Of a stretch of 64,000 bases of DNA, positions 1-13,200 are shown piece by piece (position 1 is the stretch's first letter; every line of letters begins with the position of its first letter). The stretch spans positions 7,068,001 to 7,132,000 of the forward strand of contig JANJGN010000034.1 in NCBI GenBank assembly GCA_026770705.1, written 5' to 3'. The notes below the pieces were generated by a model. The model saw only the letters and a program-made list of their open reading frames with translations. It searched no databases and was not told the DNA's origin. The stretch comes from Isurus oxyrinchus. Lineage: Eukaryota. Both the position numbers and the translations under genes were made by a program.

Positions 1-629
1 CAGCATGCTGAAAGATTGGTGTGTCTTTGTATATGAATCACAAATGAATATAGCATGAATGTAAAGCACGAGGTTTGGCAGGAAAGCAGACTTTTGAGCT
101 TTACTGAACAGGAGAGGGCGCTTAAGAGAAAGGAATTGTTTTTTCCCAATATCCAGTGTGGGACCTCATCTGGTGTATTGCAAACGGCTGCCATTCCTTA
201 AGTTGACGAGCGATTGAGGTGGGGGTGTGGAGTAGGGTGAGAAGTTGTTGAATATGCATGCATTGGAGACACTTAGTGAATGTCCAATCAGTTGACTTAG
301 AGGATTTACTCTGACCAGTGAAGTTGGAGAAGTTTGCTCCTACATTCATTTCGGCTTAGCAGAATTAGTGGTGATCTTACCGAAGCATATATGATTCTGA
401 GAGGGCAGATGGAAATATATTTGATCCTCCTGAAGGGTAATCAAAAGCTAGCAGATACAGTTTCAAAATAAGGCATCTTCCAGTTATGAGAGAGTTTTTC
501 CTTCACTGAATCGTTAATATTGCAAGTCACTACTGCAGTGGACGGTGTAGGCTGTTTCATCGAATATTTTATAAGACTGCATCTTAACCTACGAGGCAAT
601 TAATTCTTATGGGGATGGTAATGATATAA

Positions 630-770
630 AAACAAAAAAAGAACTGCTGAAGTTGGAATCAGAAATGAAACAGAAAATGCTGGTAAAACATAGCCGTTCT
701 GGCAACATCTGTGTAGAGAGAAAGGGGGATTAACTTTTCGAGTCCATACGGCGCTTCTTCACAGCTGGTT
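630..770 (-). mobile_element. Old Penelope-pLTR-like remnant with decayed hammerhead (also ~22165-22305, ~52877-53012)
   Basis: Similar to 27790-27925 (acagaaaatgctgg..aaa..agc.g.tctggca.catctgtg.agagaaa..tttcgagtcc..cttc). Confidence 0.65.
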
Positions 771-1279
771 GTGGAGTTAAGGCAGGGAAGAGGATTTAAG
801 GCACGACCAGATTAGTTATATTCTCGTGGAGTAGAGGGGAAGGTTAGACGGGATAATTGGCCGACTTCTGTTATCTATTCTTATGTTTTGGCGTTGTCAT
901 TTGGCGAAATCACTATTTCTCCTTTTTCAAAACTGCACATAGCCAAAGTCTGTAACAGCTCCATTAGATTGAGAATTAAAATATCCTGTTGTATTCACAA
1001 AAATCTCAGAGATTTACTGATTCGGCCAGACTGCTGAACACACTGTTTTCTTTTGGGGAGAAAAGCATAGTAAATGAAGGGTAAAAACCTTAAACTTTAC
1101 TCTCATTTGGATATCAATAACTGGAGCAACCAGTCAATGATCAGCAGTAAACGGAAGAGAGAGTTTTTCACTTTGCCATCGGATGTCTGATACCGAATTG
1201 CGGATCGTTTTTTTTACGTTCAGTGACATTCTACATCTTGTAACTTTTCTATTGCTTATATTGCTTTACCGATTCACAG

Positions 1280-1294
1280 AAAATGTAAAGAAGG
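1280..1294 (+). CDS. Micro-exon Q1 (15 nt), (E)NVKK
   Basis: ttaccgattcacag|AAAATGTAAAGAAGG|gtaagt; identical in 3 copies. Confidence 0.8.
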
Positions 1295-4200
1295 GTAAGT
1301 ATAAGTAAGTTACAGAAAATCTACTTGTAAAGCAAAATAAATAAGTTGCCCTAAAAATTCATCACTGGTGCAATCGGCCCAATATCCCGTCAAGTATGCT
1401 GCTTTTGTCGAAGATAGAGTTAATTCCCTTTTTTCACGTCCTTCTGTGACATCACCCTTCCCCATCTGTGTAACCTTCCACAGCTAAAAATGCATTTTTA
1501 ATCTACCTAATTTGCTTCCGTAGTTTCTGATTTAGTACTTTTCCAGTCCCCACATCTACACGCTTAAGACATTCCCTAAAAACTGTCCCTCAGAGTGGTC
1601 AGCCTTGATACCTTTTATAATATCTCTCAACCTGTTCGTTGTGGTTCTGTTACTATTTCTTCCATATCCATGAATGTTTCTGCCTTCTTTGTCATTGTCT
1701 GTTTAGTATAAGTATATTAACCTCTTCAGCCTAATCCAAAAAAAAGCTCATATCGCATGAAGCTCCCCAGGGGACATTGGAGTGGAATGAACATGAGCCA
1801 GGATGTGACCACTTCGAAAAGCGCACCTTTTTAAGAGAACCTGGAAGGCTGATTAAGCGCACACCTGATAGGCTTTGATGCTCATATTGCTTCTCTCTGC
1901 ATTCCAGAGCTAGGCATCTGCCAAGATACCATAAAAGATTTAGGTGAGCCAATCACTTTTGATGCCTGCTGAATTTACCGACCATTTGCTTTACTCTTAA
2001 ATCAAGCAAAGCTCCAAGTGTTTCCAAAGCACAACAGAGAAAGAAGAATTCTGGAGCATTAATGCAGTTTTTTTAATAAAAGGTCAACTTTAAAGCAATG
2101 ACAGATTTGTTCTCTATGGGGAGCTGAACTGTCAGTCAAAGTGTTTTCGTGCAAAACTCGGTCAGAATCTAGGCAAGTGACTTTATGGATTGTTCATTGT
2201 TCAGAATGATTCACATAGACCATATCATGGATAAAACTTCGCCTGCGTTGGAGCACCAGTTGCTGGCATTCAATTGACAGACTGATGTAGGTTCATGTGT
2301 GTAATCAGCTGCATGAATACAATGGAAGTGAATAATTGGGGTGCGTATATAATCTTCCCTCTCTATGACATGGAACATTTTGCCAGGCTCCCCAAAATGG
2401 AAATTCATCGTGTAGAGCTTGGTTACAGTGATTGGTTTTACACATATGGTTCTGAATCAGCACTTGCCATCACATATCGCCAATTTTAATTGTTGTTGTC
2501 TCCAAGGTAAAAAAAAGACCTGTACCTTTTTGACGGAAAGTACGATAAAAAAGAACGGTTATATGACCATAGGAATGCAGCTTCATTTCTGTTATCTCCA
2601 GGCTCCATGGTGTGCATTTCCCTCCTATAGAGCCACTGCGAAGTAAAGAGGAAAATTTCAAGATTCATTCTTGTTTGAGCGATAAGATCAGGAGCAAGTT
2701 GCCAGCTAGCAACGAATAAATGGCTGTTCTCAATTTTCCATGAGCTGTTCCATACAAGTTTCACTGTGTTCCACATGCTCAAGGAGAGTTGTGTTTGCCC
2801 TGCACTATCACCCACATGCAGAATAGCTTGAATTCCAGTGAGAACATTTCCACGTTAGGTCGTAGAAACGTTCATTTTATTATTGATTCTTGATTTGTTT
2901 CACAGATAAATTAAGAAAAGGTAAGAGGAAATATGATCTAGTACGTGACCATCTAAATGGATGAAAAGAAAGATGAGTAAAGATGGATTCGCAGTGATTA
3001 CACATTCCAACTTAAAGTAACTTTTAAATTGTCATTATTATATCTAAAGCTCTCTGTGGGCTCGCCCTTCCAAAAATGCCATGAGAATCCTCTGGCCATA
3101 CAACTGGCTGCAAGTTCTGTGTTCACACCACGCTGGTTTTGTTCAGATTGCGCTGTTCCTTCACCATACCAATGGCGTTTTATGGCTTCTGCAATATGTC
3201 CGAAGTCTCCGAAGCATGTTTGCTAAACTTTGCACCTCAAAGTCCCCTTCCGACTTTAATAATCACATATTTCCTGGGCGGTTTCCAAAGTCCATCCCTT
3301 GTCCTCACCCGGGAGTCTGGCTAATAATTGAAGTTTTGTTTAAAACATGATGAAAAACATTGAGGCTCCTTACGCCCTGTGGCACTTCGGTTACCGAGAA
3401 GGCCTGTTAGGAAACTTAAAAATACTGAGCATACGATGCTTCGGCAAACGTGTCCTCAGAACAAGCAAGGGAATACATGGCATCTTAAACAACACAGTGG
3501 CTCTTCTGGCGAACGAAGGCTGCAGCAGAAACAAACCTCCAATCGTATTCGTTTTTTTGCCATTGTACCAAGTTGTCATTCTCTAAAGACATGCATGGAA
3601 GTTGCTGTGCAATGGTCTCTCCATCCTTAAATTTCGCTCGAACGGGCATCTTTCTTTCCGAGCCCATCTACCATGCCATCAGATCACCAGCGAATGGTGC
3701 AGGGAGCATTGTTGTCTTGTATCGAAACTATTACTTGAAATATGCTTGCACTGCATTTGGTCATTTGAGAAAGTGAGCATTCGAAGGTCGCAAAACCAAA
3801 ACTAAGAGGACGCTCATGATTTGTTATTTGTCCATGATTTCCACCTTACTGTACGGGACTGCAATATGGAAAACGTTCAAGTGGCACCTCAAGGGGACTG
3901 GCTGCGAAAGAAATTGCATATTTAGTGTGAGGGCTGACCAGCGAAATCTAGTACCCACTTACAAACAGGCAGCATAGGCTTTGGATCTATGCTCATATGC
4001 GATCAGCTTCAGTGAGTCCAGCTGTCAGGTATCAGGCTCACAAATCAGGTATTGTTCTCCAAAGTTATACAGGACAGACGCACCAGAGAGGGCAGAAAAA
4101 GATTTAATGAATGTGCTGAAAAGCAACATGAAGAAAATGAATTATTCACATCGACACCTCGATGGACACCGTTTATGGAGTAAGCCAAATGGCACCAGGC

Positions 4201-7200
4201 CCTATAGGATGGACGCCAACAATTTGAGTCTGAACAACTACAAAGTGATTAGAAAAAACAAGAGGGGCCAAAGGAAAACAGCATGACCCAAATTAATGAT
4301 ACAAGACCTGACATCCAACAAGGCAACAAATGCCTTGGGTGCATGAAGACTACAGGTCCCGAATATGCCTTTTCATCCATCTCAGGCTCATGGAAGACAA
4401 TCGTCCTCGCTACTGAGGCATTGCCAGTAATAACAGGAATTGCAAGCAATTAATCACGTGTCCCGATGTGGCCTCATGTTGCATCTGCACCAGTTTTGTC
4501 GAAACTGCTTCCGTTGTAACAATTTTGGTGTTTTCCTAATAAGGTCACGATATTCATGCAAATTGTCCTTTCCTGTCAACAGTCTACTTTCAACCTCTAC
4601 CAGCAAGTTTCTGCAACAAAATCTGAGGAAACAGTTGCCCACAGGATGAAAATTTTTACGGAAGAGAAACTAAACATTTGTAACATAAACGAAGAACACA
4701 GCTTGTCATAGATCAGTTACAGAAAAGAAAGAGGCCGTCTGGCTCTTCTTGTCGGAGGCAAATCTCTGGGTCAGTATCTCGGCTGTTCCCATGCTCCAGA
4801 CCTTCACCTGCAGTGTATGCAACTCGCTTGTTATTCAAAGAATTACCCAGCTCCAAATTAAAAGCCACGATTGTCCCTTCGCAGAGCTCATTCTAAAGCA
4901 TTGCCTTTTGGAACCTGATGATGTGCTGCACATTTATTTTTCCCCATGTCCCCTTTAGTTTTCTGTCAGTTAACGTTAAATTAATGTCTTCCAGTTCTTG
5001 ACCATTCCAGATGGAACAGTCTATACCTGCCTAACATGTCCAGGCCTCGTCATGAATTTTATAAGCCCCATCAAATCTTCTTTCAATCATATTGTATCTA
5101 TGTACAACCGCTATAAATTCTCAATTCCTTTCACCTGGAAGAAGCAATCATCTCTGGAAACATTCCCATGAATACAATCTCTACACTCTCTAACACTATG
5201 ACTTCTCCCTAAACTATGATGTCCAAAACCTGATCCAATTCCCTAGTTGAAGTCGAACTAGCGGTTAAACAGTTTTACCATAACTTCCTTTCTTTGCTGC
5301 CTATTCATCTATTTATGAAGCCGAATATTTCAACTGGCTTAGTGACAGCGTTTTCAATCTGCCCTGCATCTTGCAACCATTTGTGCTCAGAAACTCCCAA
5401 AGACCCATAAACAGCTTCAATCCACTTTGGAAAACTGTCACAAGTTGTTCATTACCTCTTCCTACCAAAATGTATCACTTCATGCCTCTCGCCACTAATT
5501 TCAATTGAAAAGTTCCTCCCATTCCACCAGTCCATCTGCGTCCATTTGTCCTATTTCACCATCTTCCTTGCAATTCATAGCCCTGTAAAATCTGTAAACT
5601 TTGAAGTTTTGCCCTGTACACTCAGGTCGAGGTCGCTGATGCATACCATGTAGATAGATTGAAAGGGGGAAACTGCGCAACTTTGTTGACACTTCAGTGT
5701 GGATTATCCATTTTATGAATTACAGAGCTAAGCGATTGTCAACAAGCTGTTAAAGGCCTAGGTGAGCAAAATATTCCTGGTGTCGCTTTAGATTAACATG
5801 CCTCATTATTTTGAACCATTAAGCAAATACTTTTGTTTTCGTTAAAAAGTGAAGTAATTCAGGCAAACATTGTTTAGCGATAGGCCCACATTCGCTTCTT
5901 TGGATTTCAATTAAAAAAAATGTTGGGATCAAAGCAAAACAGGCTGACCGTCCAAAAGTGGGCAGAATGAATTTCTGATGCTCCATGCATCATGATAATT
6001 GAAGCTTTTTGTCACAACTCTTATGAATCCTGCATACTAACGGAATGATGACTTTTAACTTTATCGATTTGGCACCAAGTTGGCAAAGTGTTCTAACCAA
6101 TAACGAAACTCCGCCCACCCGTGAAAAGTGTTGTTTAATCCTACAATTTTTGGTCTCTTTATTATGTAATCCCGAACAGAACAAAAACTGACTGCAAAAG
6201 AAAAAGGTACCTGATCTGACAATTTTTTCTTCAAAAAGACAGAGATTGACAATGGCGATTGCTTCTTTACATGATTAGTTTTGTTGTCGTATGAATGTTT
6301 TATGTTTTTTTTTTTACTAAGCAGATTGCTAGTGGGTACCCTAAGGGTTGGCAGCAGAAGAATCCGATACGTGGGCTATATAGTTTCGAGTTAGGAGAAC
6401 ATATTTTCCTATACTGTGTCACACAAATTTGCAAAACATAAATAACATGTAAACTAATCAACTGAATAAGGAATTCCCTTAATGCTCCTTCAACAAGGCA
6501 GTAGTAACAAGGAGGTACCCGCTAAAACAGTGAAGTTAGAAATGAAATGTATGTGGTGGTTAAGAATGACAGGTTTGCTGATAGAGTTTATGAAGGAGTT
6601 CTTGTGACGCTGTTGTGGAGTCACAAATTTCGGCCAGAAGCTCTCCTTTCAAGTCTCACTTCAGGACTTGCTGGCTGTTGAAGCTGTTTTTGTAAGGTGG
6701 CCGGCTGTATTGGTTACCATCTTGTAAAACCTTTCAATGGGCCTGGCGGCAGGTTCTAAGGACGGGAGAGATGCTGGCTCATCAGACAGCAGAAAGAAAC
6801 GTCAAGTGACTGTCGTACTTTGCCAAGCATAATCATGGCCAAATCCAATGGACATCCATGATCACTAACACCCTCTCAATGCAAGTTACCTGGAAAAGCA
6901 GGAATGAAATAATGTACATGGTACGTTGCTCTGATGGAGGATAGGCTTAGGCATGGGACACTTGACTGGAAGGACAGATATTTTCCGCTAATTGATATGG
7001 GTCAGACTACACACTCGGTGCAAAATTCATTAGATTTAATTCATTTTTTTGAAATGTAACTCACTCCAAATTGGTAAGGAAAAATGACAGAACACCCTCC
7101 ATAGTTGATCGGTGATGTACCTAGCCAGGGGGAAGCACAGTGTATCTACTTAAATAATGTCATTGAACAATCGTTACCGGGAAGTATTTGGCAAAGTCCC

Positions 7201-10200
7201 GCAATAAAAGAAAATCTGCAAAAGCATTTGGTTTTATGGTTGCGCAAGTTAATTTGCTAACAGAAGCACGGTGCATGTTACTAATTGAGACTTACAGCGC
7301 TAGTAAAGATGGAATTATGTGATGTCTTATTTTTTTAAACATGTAAGATATGCTAGTAAAATATACTAAAGCATGCCATGCATCGATTGGATGGCAGACT
7401 TGGGGAGATTCAATGTAATGTCTCTGTATGTTGCTGCCCATCCGGTACTCAAGTAAGGTGACTGATGCCAACCTTGTGCTTATGGCTACTGCAACCCCAG
7501 CACTCTGCAATGTTTATTATGTGCTTTTCATTAAAATGGAGTACGAAATGGCGGCCCAAATTAGACCTCGTATTTTCATGAATATGATACAAGGATCAGC
7601 TGGGGGAAATATTCTGCCATTATTTATGGGTAGGATAAGTCAGTGATTCATGGGGATGTGAGCGGAAGTACATATGGTAATATGAGATGCATTATGTCGA
7701 TGTATGGAACATGTGGACGGACATAATCCACTTTGTCAAATAAATTGAACAGTACTGTAAAATCTGTATGGTAATTCGGTAGGATGGGGGGGCAGGAGGG
7801 AGAGGGGGAAGCGGTCTGAAATTGAAATAATGAAGAAACTGTCAATTCTCATTATTCCAGAGATTCTAACGTGCAAAGAGTCTTTAAAGGATTCAGGTGG
7901 GAAATATGTTTGTTATTTGATTAAAATACCCGCTGCACAAAATATTCCTACAATTCCTAGCCCACAGGTAGAATACGGAAATGCCGATCAGTAATTTTAA
8001 ATATACAGAAGTAAACTTTGCCTGCATCATTTAGTTACCCAGTAAAGAACGAGGCCAACCCTCCACCTTACCTGCTACTGCTATATGAAAGAGTTTTATC
8101 TCTCTCCATCTCTCTCTCTCTCTCTCTTATAAGCTGTGTTTCAGAAATCTTTTCATGCAACCTTCTAAACGCTTGTTCTACACAATACGGTGCTGCTTCC
8201 CACCTATCCCCTCGGCCCACCCTATGCTTTGTCTATGAATAACCATACATCTGTGTTTCTTTGTTGCTGGTTGTACTGGACTTACAAACCTTTAATTGTT
8301 ATTTAATTTCTTAAGAATGATGGTCTGATAATATTGGGCGTCATTATCATAGGGTCTATTAACATTTTTGCCATGATCAGAAACATATCAGCTCCCCTCC
8401 ACTGTCTATATAACTGCCCGCCCTGGTACTGTCGATTAAATCTTCCCTGTGCGCCCAACACGATTTGTGAATAATTGCAAAGCATGGTGCGTCGAATTTG
8501 ACTACATATACTAAAGTGGTGCATATTAAACAACAAACATGGAGAATCTGCATTGAATGTCAATGTATTGGTTAGATACACATCTTCAGCGGCGAGTTCT
8601 CCGTCAATTGTTGATCACGACTAATGTGTGGCATGGTTAGCTGAGCTGGTTGTCTGGCGGAGCGTGGAATGGAGGGCCATTGCAATAGGGTCAGTTTCAC
8701 GCTACATCCAAGGATCACTATTTACCACTATATGTAGCATGATCTACATTATTGTATTGTTGCAGAGGAATGCACGTAGCAGTATGCTTGACATAGCAAC
8801 ATTTTAAAAATGTACATCCACCTGCAAACACGTGGCTTTGCATATAAAAAATGAACTGTTTCAATGAGTCCACAATCTTCCCGTTAACGTCTTGCCTTGA
8901 CAGAAACAAAGCTGGAAGGCCAAGAAAAAGGTAGGCAGTTTAAGGGTTCACTGTTTTAAAAAGACAGAAATTAATGTGTTACGAATATACCTATGCATCT
9001 TTTGTTTCATGATTAACTTCTCTGAAATAGAATTTAGCGTTATTAACGGGAAGAGCGGTTGCATTTGGTAATGGGCTCTATATGGAGAAAATGGTTCAGC
9101 TTGATGTCACAGCCAAAGCTGAGAGCCAGTTATGTTGGAGTTTAACACTAATCCAACCTGATACTCAGGAGGAAAGTATTCATCAACAAAACGACCAGAA
9201 TTTGGAATTCGCTGCTGCGTCATCCTTTGTTAAACGGAATTTTACAACTTTTTTTAAAGTCCAAAGACAGTTATCCACCGAGATCCGACGAAAGTTCAAG
9301 CGACTTGATTATCCAGGAGTAAACTTCGTGTGGTCCATGAAAATTTCACTTCAGCATTTTCAACTCCAGAGTAATGACCCACGTGAATTGTTAAGCAAGT
9401 GTACCTTGTGTTTGCATTCTGGTGTAAAGACTGTTACTACCAAAAAATAACGATGCCTTCACTTGTAGACATGCTCAGTTTTTGGGTCATGACTTCATAA
9501 GGATACATGTTGAACTCTAAATATCCAGACTGTGTAACTTCAGTTGGTTTGCAGTCGTTTCAGGGGCCATGTGTGATTGAAACGAGTGACGATAACTAGT
9601 GCCCCCTTATAAGCAGGCAACATAAGCTTTGGGTCTATGCTGATGTGCGATCAGATTCGGCGAGTTGGCACTTAGTTTGGCTGTCAGGTATCAGGCTCAC
9701 AATGCAGGTATTGTTCTCCAAGATTAGCAAGGACAGACGCACCAAAGGAGGGAAGAGGAAGCTCTTAAGGGATGTGCTGAAAAGCAACAAGAAAAAAATG
9801 AATTATTCATATCGGCACCTCGGTGGACACCGTTTAGGGTTTAAACAAAATGGCACCAGGCACCACAGGAAGGACCCCAGTAATTTGAGTCCGATCAACT
9901 ACAAAATGATTAGGAAAAACAGGAGGGGCCAAACGAAAACAGCATGACCCGAATTAATGATACAAGACCTGACGTCCAGCAAGGCAAGAAATGCCTTGGG
10001 TTCATGACGTCTACAGGTCTCGAATCTGTCTCTTCATCCAATTCAGGCTCATGGAAGACAATCGACCTCGCTAGTGAGGCGTAGCCAATAATAACAGTAT
10101 CTGCAAGCGAGCAGTCACGTGTCCCGATGTGGCCTCATGTTGCATGAGCTCCAGTTTTCTTCAAACTGTTTCCGTGGAAACAATTTTGGTGTTTTCCTAA

Positions 10201-13200
10201 TAAAGTCACTATATACATGCAAATTGTCCTCTCCTGTCAACAGTCTACTTTCAATCTCTAGCAGCAAGTTTCTGCTGCCAAATCTGAGGGAACAATTGCT
10301 CGCAGGATGATGACTTGGGGTTTCTTACAGTACAGTTAACCATGAGGGAGAAAACCATGTTTCCTGAAGAGAAGCTAAACATTTGTAACATAATCAAATA
10401 ATACGGCTTGTCATAGATCGGTTACAGCAAATAAATAGGCCATCCAGTTCTTCGTGTCAGGGGCGTATCCCTGGGCCAGTATCTCGGCTGTTCTCATGCT
10501 CCAGACCTTCACCTGCAGTGCATGCAACTTCGTGCTCTTCATAGATCCCTGTTAAAAGCCACGATTGTCCCTTCGCCAATCTCATTCTTAGGTATTGCAT
10601 TTTCGAAACTAATGTTGCGCTGCACTGTTATTTTTCCCCATGTTCCCTTTGGTTTTCTGTCAGTTAACATTAACTTAATATCTTCCGATTCTTGACCATT
10701 TCAGATGGAACCGTCTACACCTGCTTAACATGTCCAGGCCACATCGTAAATTTGAAAAGCCCCATCAATTCTTCTTCCAATCATCTCGTATCTGTTCACA
10801 ACCGCACTAAATTCTTTATTCTTACAACCTCGAAGAAACAATCATCTCTGGAAACATTCCCATGAATACACGCTCAACCCTCTCTAACGCCATCACTTGT
10901 CCCTATACTATGATGTCCAAAATATAATACAATTCCCTAGTTGAAGTCGAACTAGCGGTTCAACAATTTTTCCATTAATTCCTTTCTTTGCTGCAATTCA
11001 TCGATTTATGAAGCCGAAGATTTCATCCGGCTTAGTGACACCTGCCCTGCATCTTGCAACCATTTGTGCTCTTATACTCCCAAAGCCCCATAAGCAGCTA
11101 CAATCCCCTTTGGAATGCTATCACAACTTGTTCATTACATCTTTCTACCAAAATGTATCACTTCATGCCTCTCTCCACTAATTCCAACTGTAATAACTCC
11201 TCCCATTCCACCAGTACATCTGCGTCCAATTGACGTATTTCACCATCTTGCTTGCAACTCATCGCCCTGTAAAATCTGAAAACTTTGAAGTTTTGCTTTG
11301 GACACTCAGGACTAGGTCCATGATGCATACCATGTAGATAGATTGGAAGGTGAAAACTGTGCAATTTTGTTGACACTTCAGTGTGGATTACCCATTTTAT
11401 GAATTACAGAGCTAAGCGATTGTCAACAAGCTGTAAAAGATCTAGGTGAGCAAAATATTCTCGGTATCGCTTTAGAATACATGCCTTATTTTTTTGAACC
11501 ATTAAGGAAGTACATTCATTTTCGTTAAAAGGTGAAGTCATCAATTCAGGCAGACGTTGTTTAGCAACAGGCCCACATTCGCTTCTGTTGATTTCAATAA
11601 AAGAAAGTGCTGGGCAGGAAGCAAAAAAGGCCGACCATCCAATCGTGGGCAGGATAAATTTCCGATGCTCCTTGCATCATGATTATTGGCTCTTTTTCTC
11701 ACAACGATACTGCCGGAATGATGACATACACGCTGATGGAATGATGACATTTTTTATCCTTGTCAATTTGGCACCAATTGGCAAAGTGTTCTCAACAATA
11801 ACGAAATTCTTTCCACTCGTGAAAAATGCTGTTTAATCCTACAGTTTTTGGTTTATTTATCATGTAATCCCGAACAGAGGAAAAACTGACTGCAAAAGAA
11901 AAAGGTACCTCATCTGACATAGTTTTCGTCAAAAAGCCAGAGATTGACAATGGCTGACTGATTCTTTAGATGATCTGTTTTGTTTTCGTATGAATGTTTT
12001 ATTGTTTTTTTTTTACTAAGCAGATTGCTAGAATTTACCCGAAGTGTTGGCAGCAGAAGAATAGTATAGATGGGCTGCATATTTTCGAGTTAGGAGGGCA
12101 TATTTTCTAATGCTGTGTCATACAAAGTTGTAAGACAATAAATAACATGTCAACTAATGAACAGAATAAAGAAATCTCTTAATGTTTCTTAAACAATTTA
12201 TTGGTAACAACGAAGCACCTGCTAGCACCGTGAAGTTAGAAATAAAATGCTTGTGGTGTTTAAGAATGACAGGTTTGCTGATAGAATTTATGAAGGAGTT
12301 TTTGTGCCGCCGTGGTGGAGTCTCAAATTTTGGCCAGAAGCTCCACGTCCAAGTCTCACTTCCGGACTTGAAGGCTGTTGAAGCTGTTTTTCTAAGGTAG
12401 CCAGCTGTATTGGTTACGATCTTATAAAGCATTCCAATGCACCTGGCGGCAGGTGCTAAGAACGGGAGAGATGCTCGCCAGTCAGACAGCAGAAAGCAAC
12501 GTCAAGTGACTGTCGTACTTTGCCAAGCATAATCGTGACCAAAACGAATGGCCATCTATGATCACCAAAACCCTCTCAATGCAAGTAACCTGGAAAAGCC
12601 GGAACGAAATAATGTATGTGGTATGTTTCTTTGGTGGAGGATAGGCTTAGGCATGGAACACTTGATTGGAAGAGTAGATATTTTCTGCTAAGTTATATCG
12701 GTCGGACTACCCTCTCGGTACCGAATTCATTAGAATTATTTTTTTTTTCTAAATGTAACTCAGTCCAAATTGGTAAGGAAAAATGACAAAACGCACTCTA
12801 TATTTGCTCAGTGGCGTTCCTAGCCAGGTGGAAGAAAAGTGTATCGACTTTAATAATGTAATTGAGCAATTGCTCATGGCAAGAACTTGGCAAAGTCCTG
12901 CAATAAAAGAAAATCTGCAAAAGCTTTTGGTTTAAAGGGTGTGAAAGTTAATTTGCAAACAAAAGCACGGTGCATTTTGCTAATTGAGACTTTCAGCGCC
13001 GTTAAAGATGGAATTATGCTATGTCCCATTTTTTAAGCATGTATAGTATGCTAGTAAAATACACTTAAGCATGCCATGCAACTATTGGATGATCATCTCG
13101 GGGAGATTCAATGTGATGTTTCTGTGTGTTCCTGCCCAAACTGTGCTCAAGTAAGGTGAGTGATGCCAGCGTCACGCTTATTGCTACTGCAACCTCAGAA

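Noticed and set aside
724-768. Second hammerhead in old Penelope-like remnants (also ~22270-22305, ~52975-53012)
   Set aside because: Core mutated (GUGAAGA rather than CUGANGA; stem III broken), so treated as inactive fossils.
6665-6691. Extra 27-nt AG..GT candidate exon (GACTTGCTGG...GTTTTT|gtaagg)
   Set aside because: Contains TGA in phase 1; acceptor and donor are lost in the copies at ~12365 and ~17910; does not fit the heptad pattern.
9645-9947. Recurrent ~100-aa basic ORF (also 3981, 15329, 33838, 56230)
   Set aside because: Degenerate RTE LINE C-terminus with variable starts and stops among copies; not a host gene.
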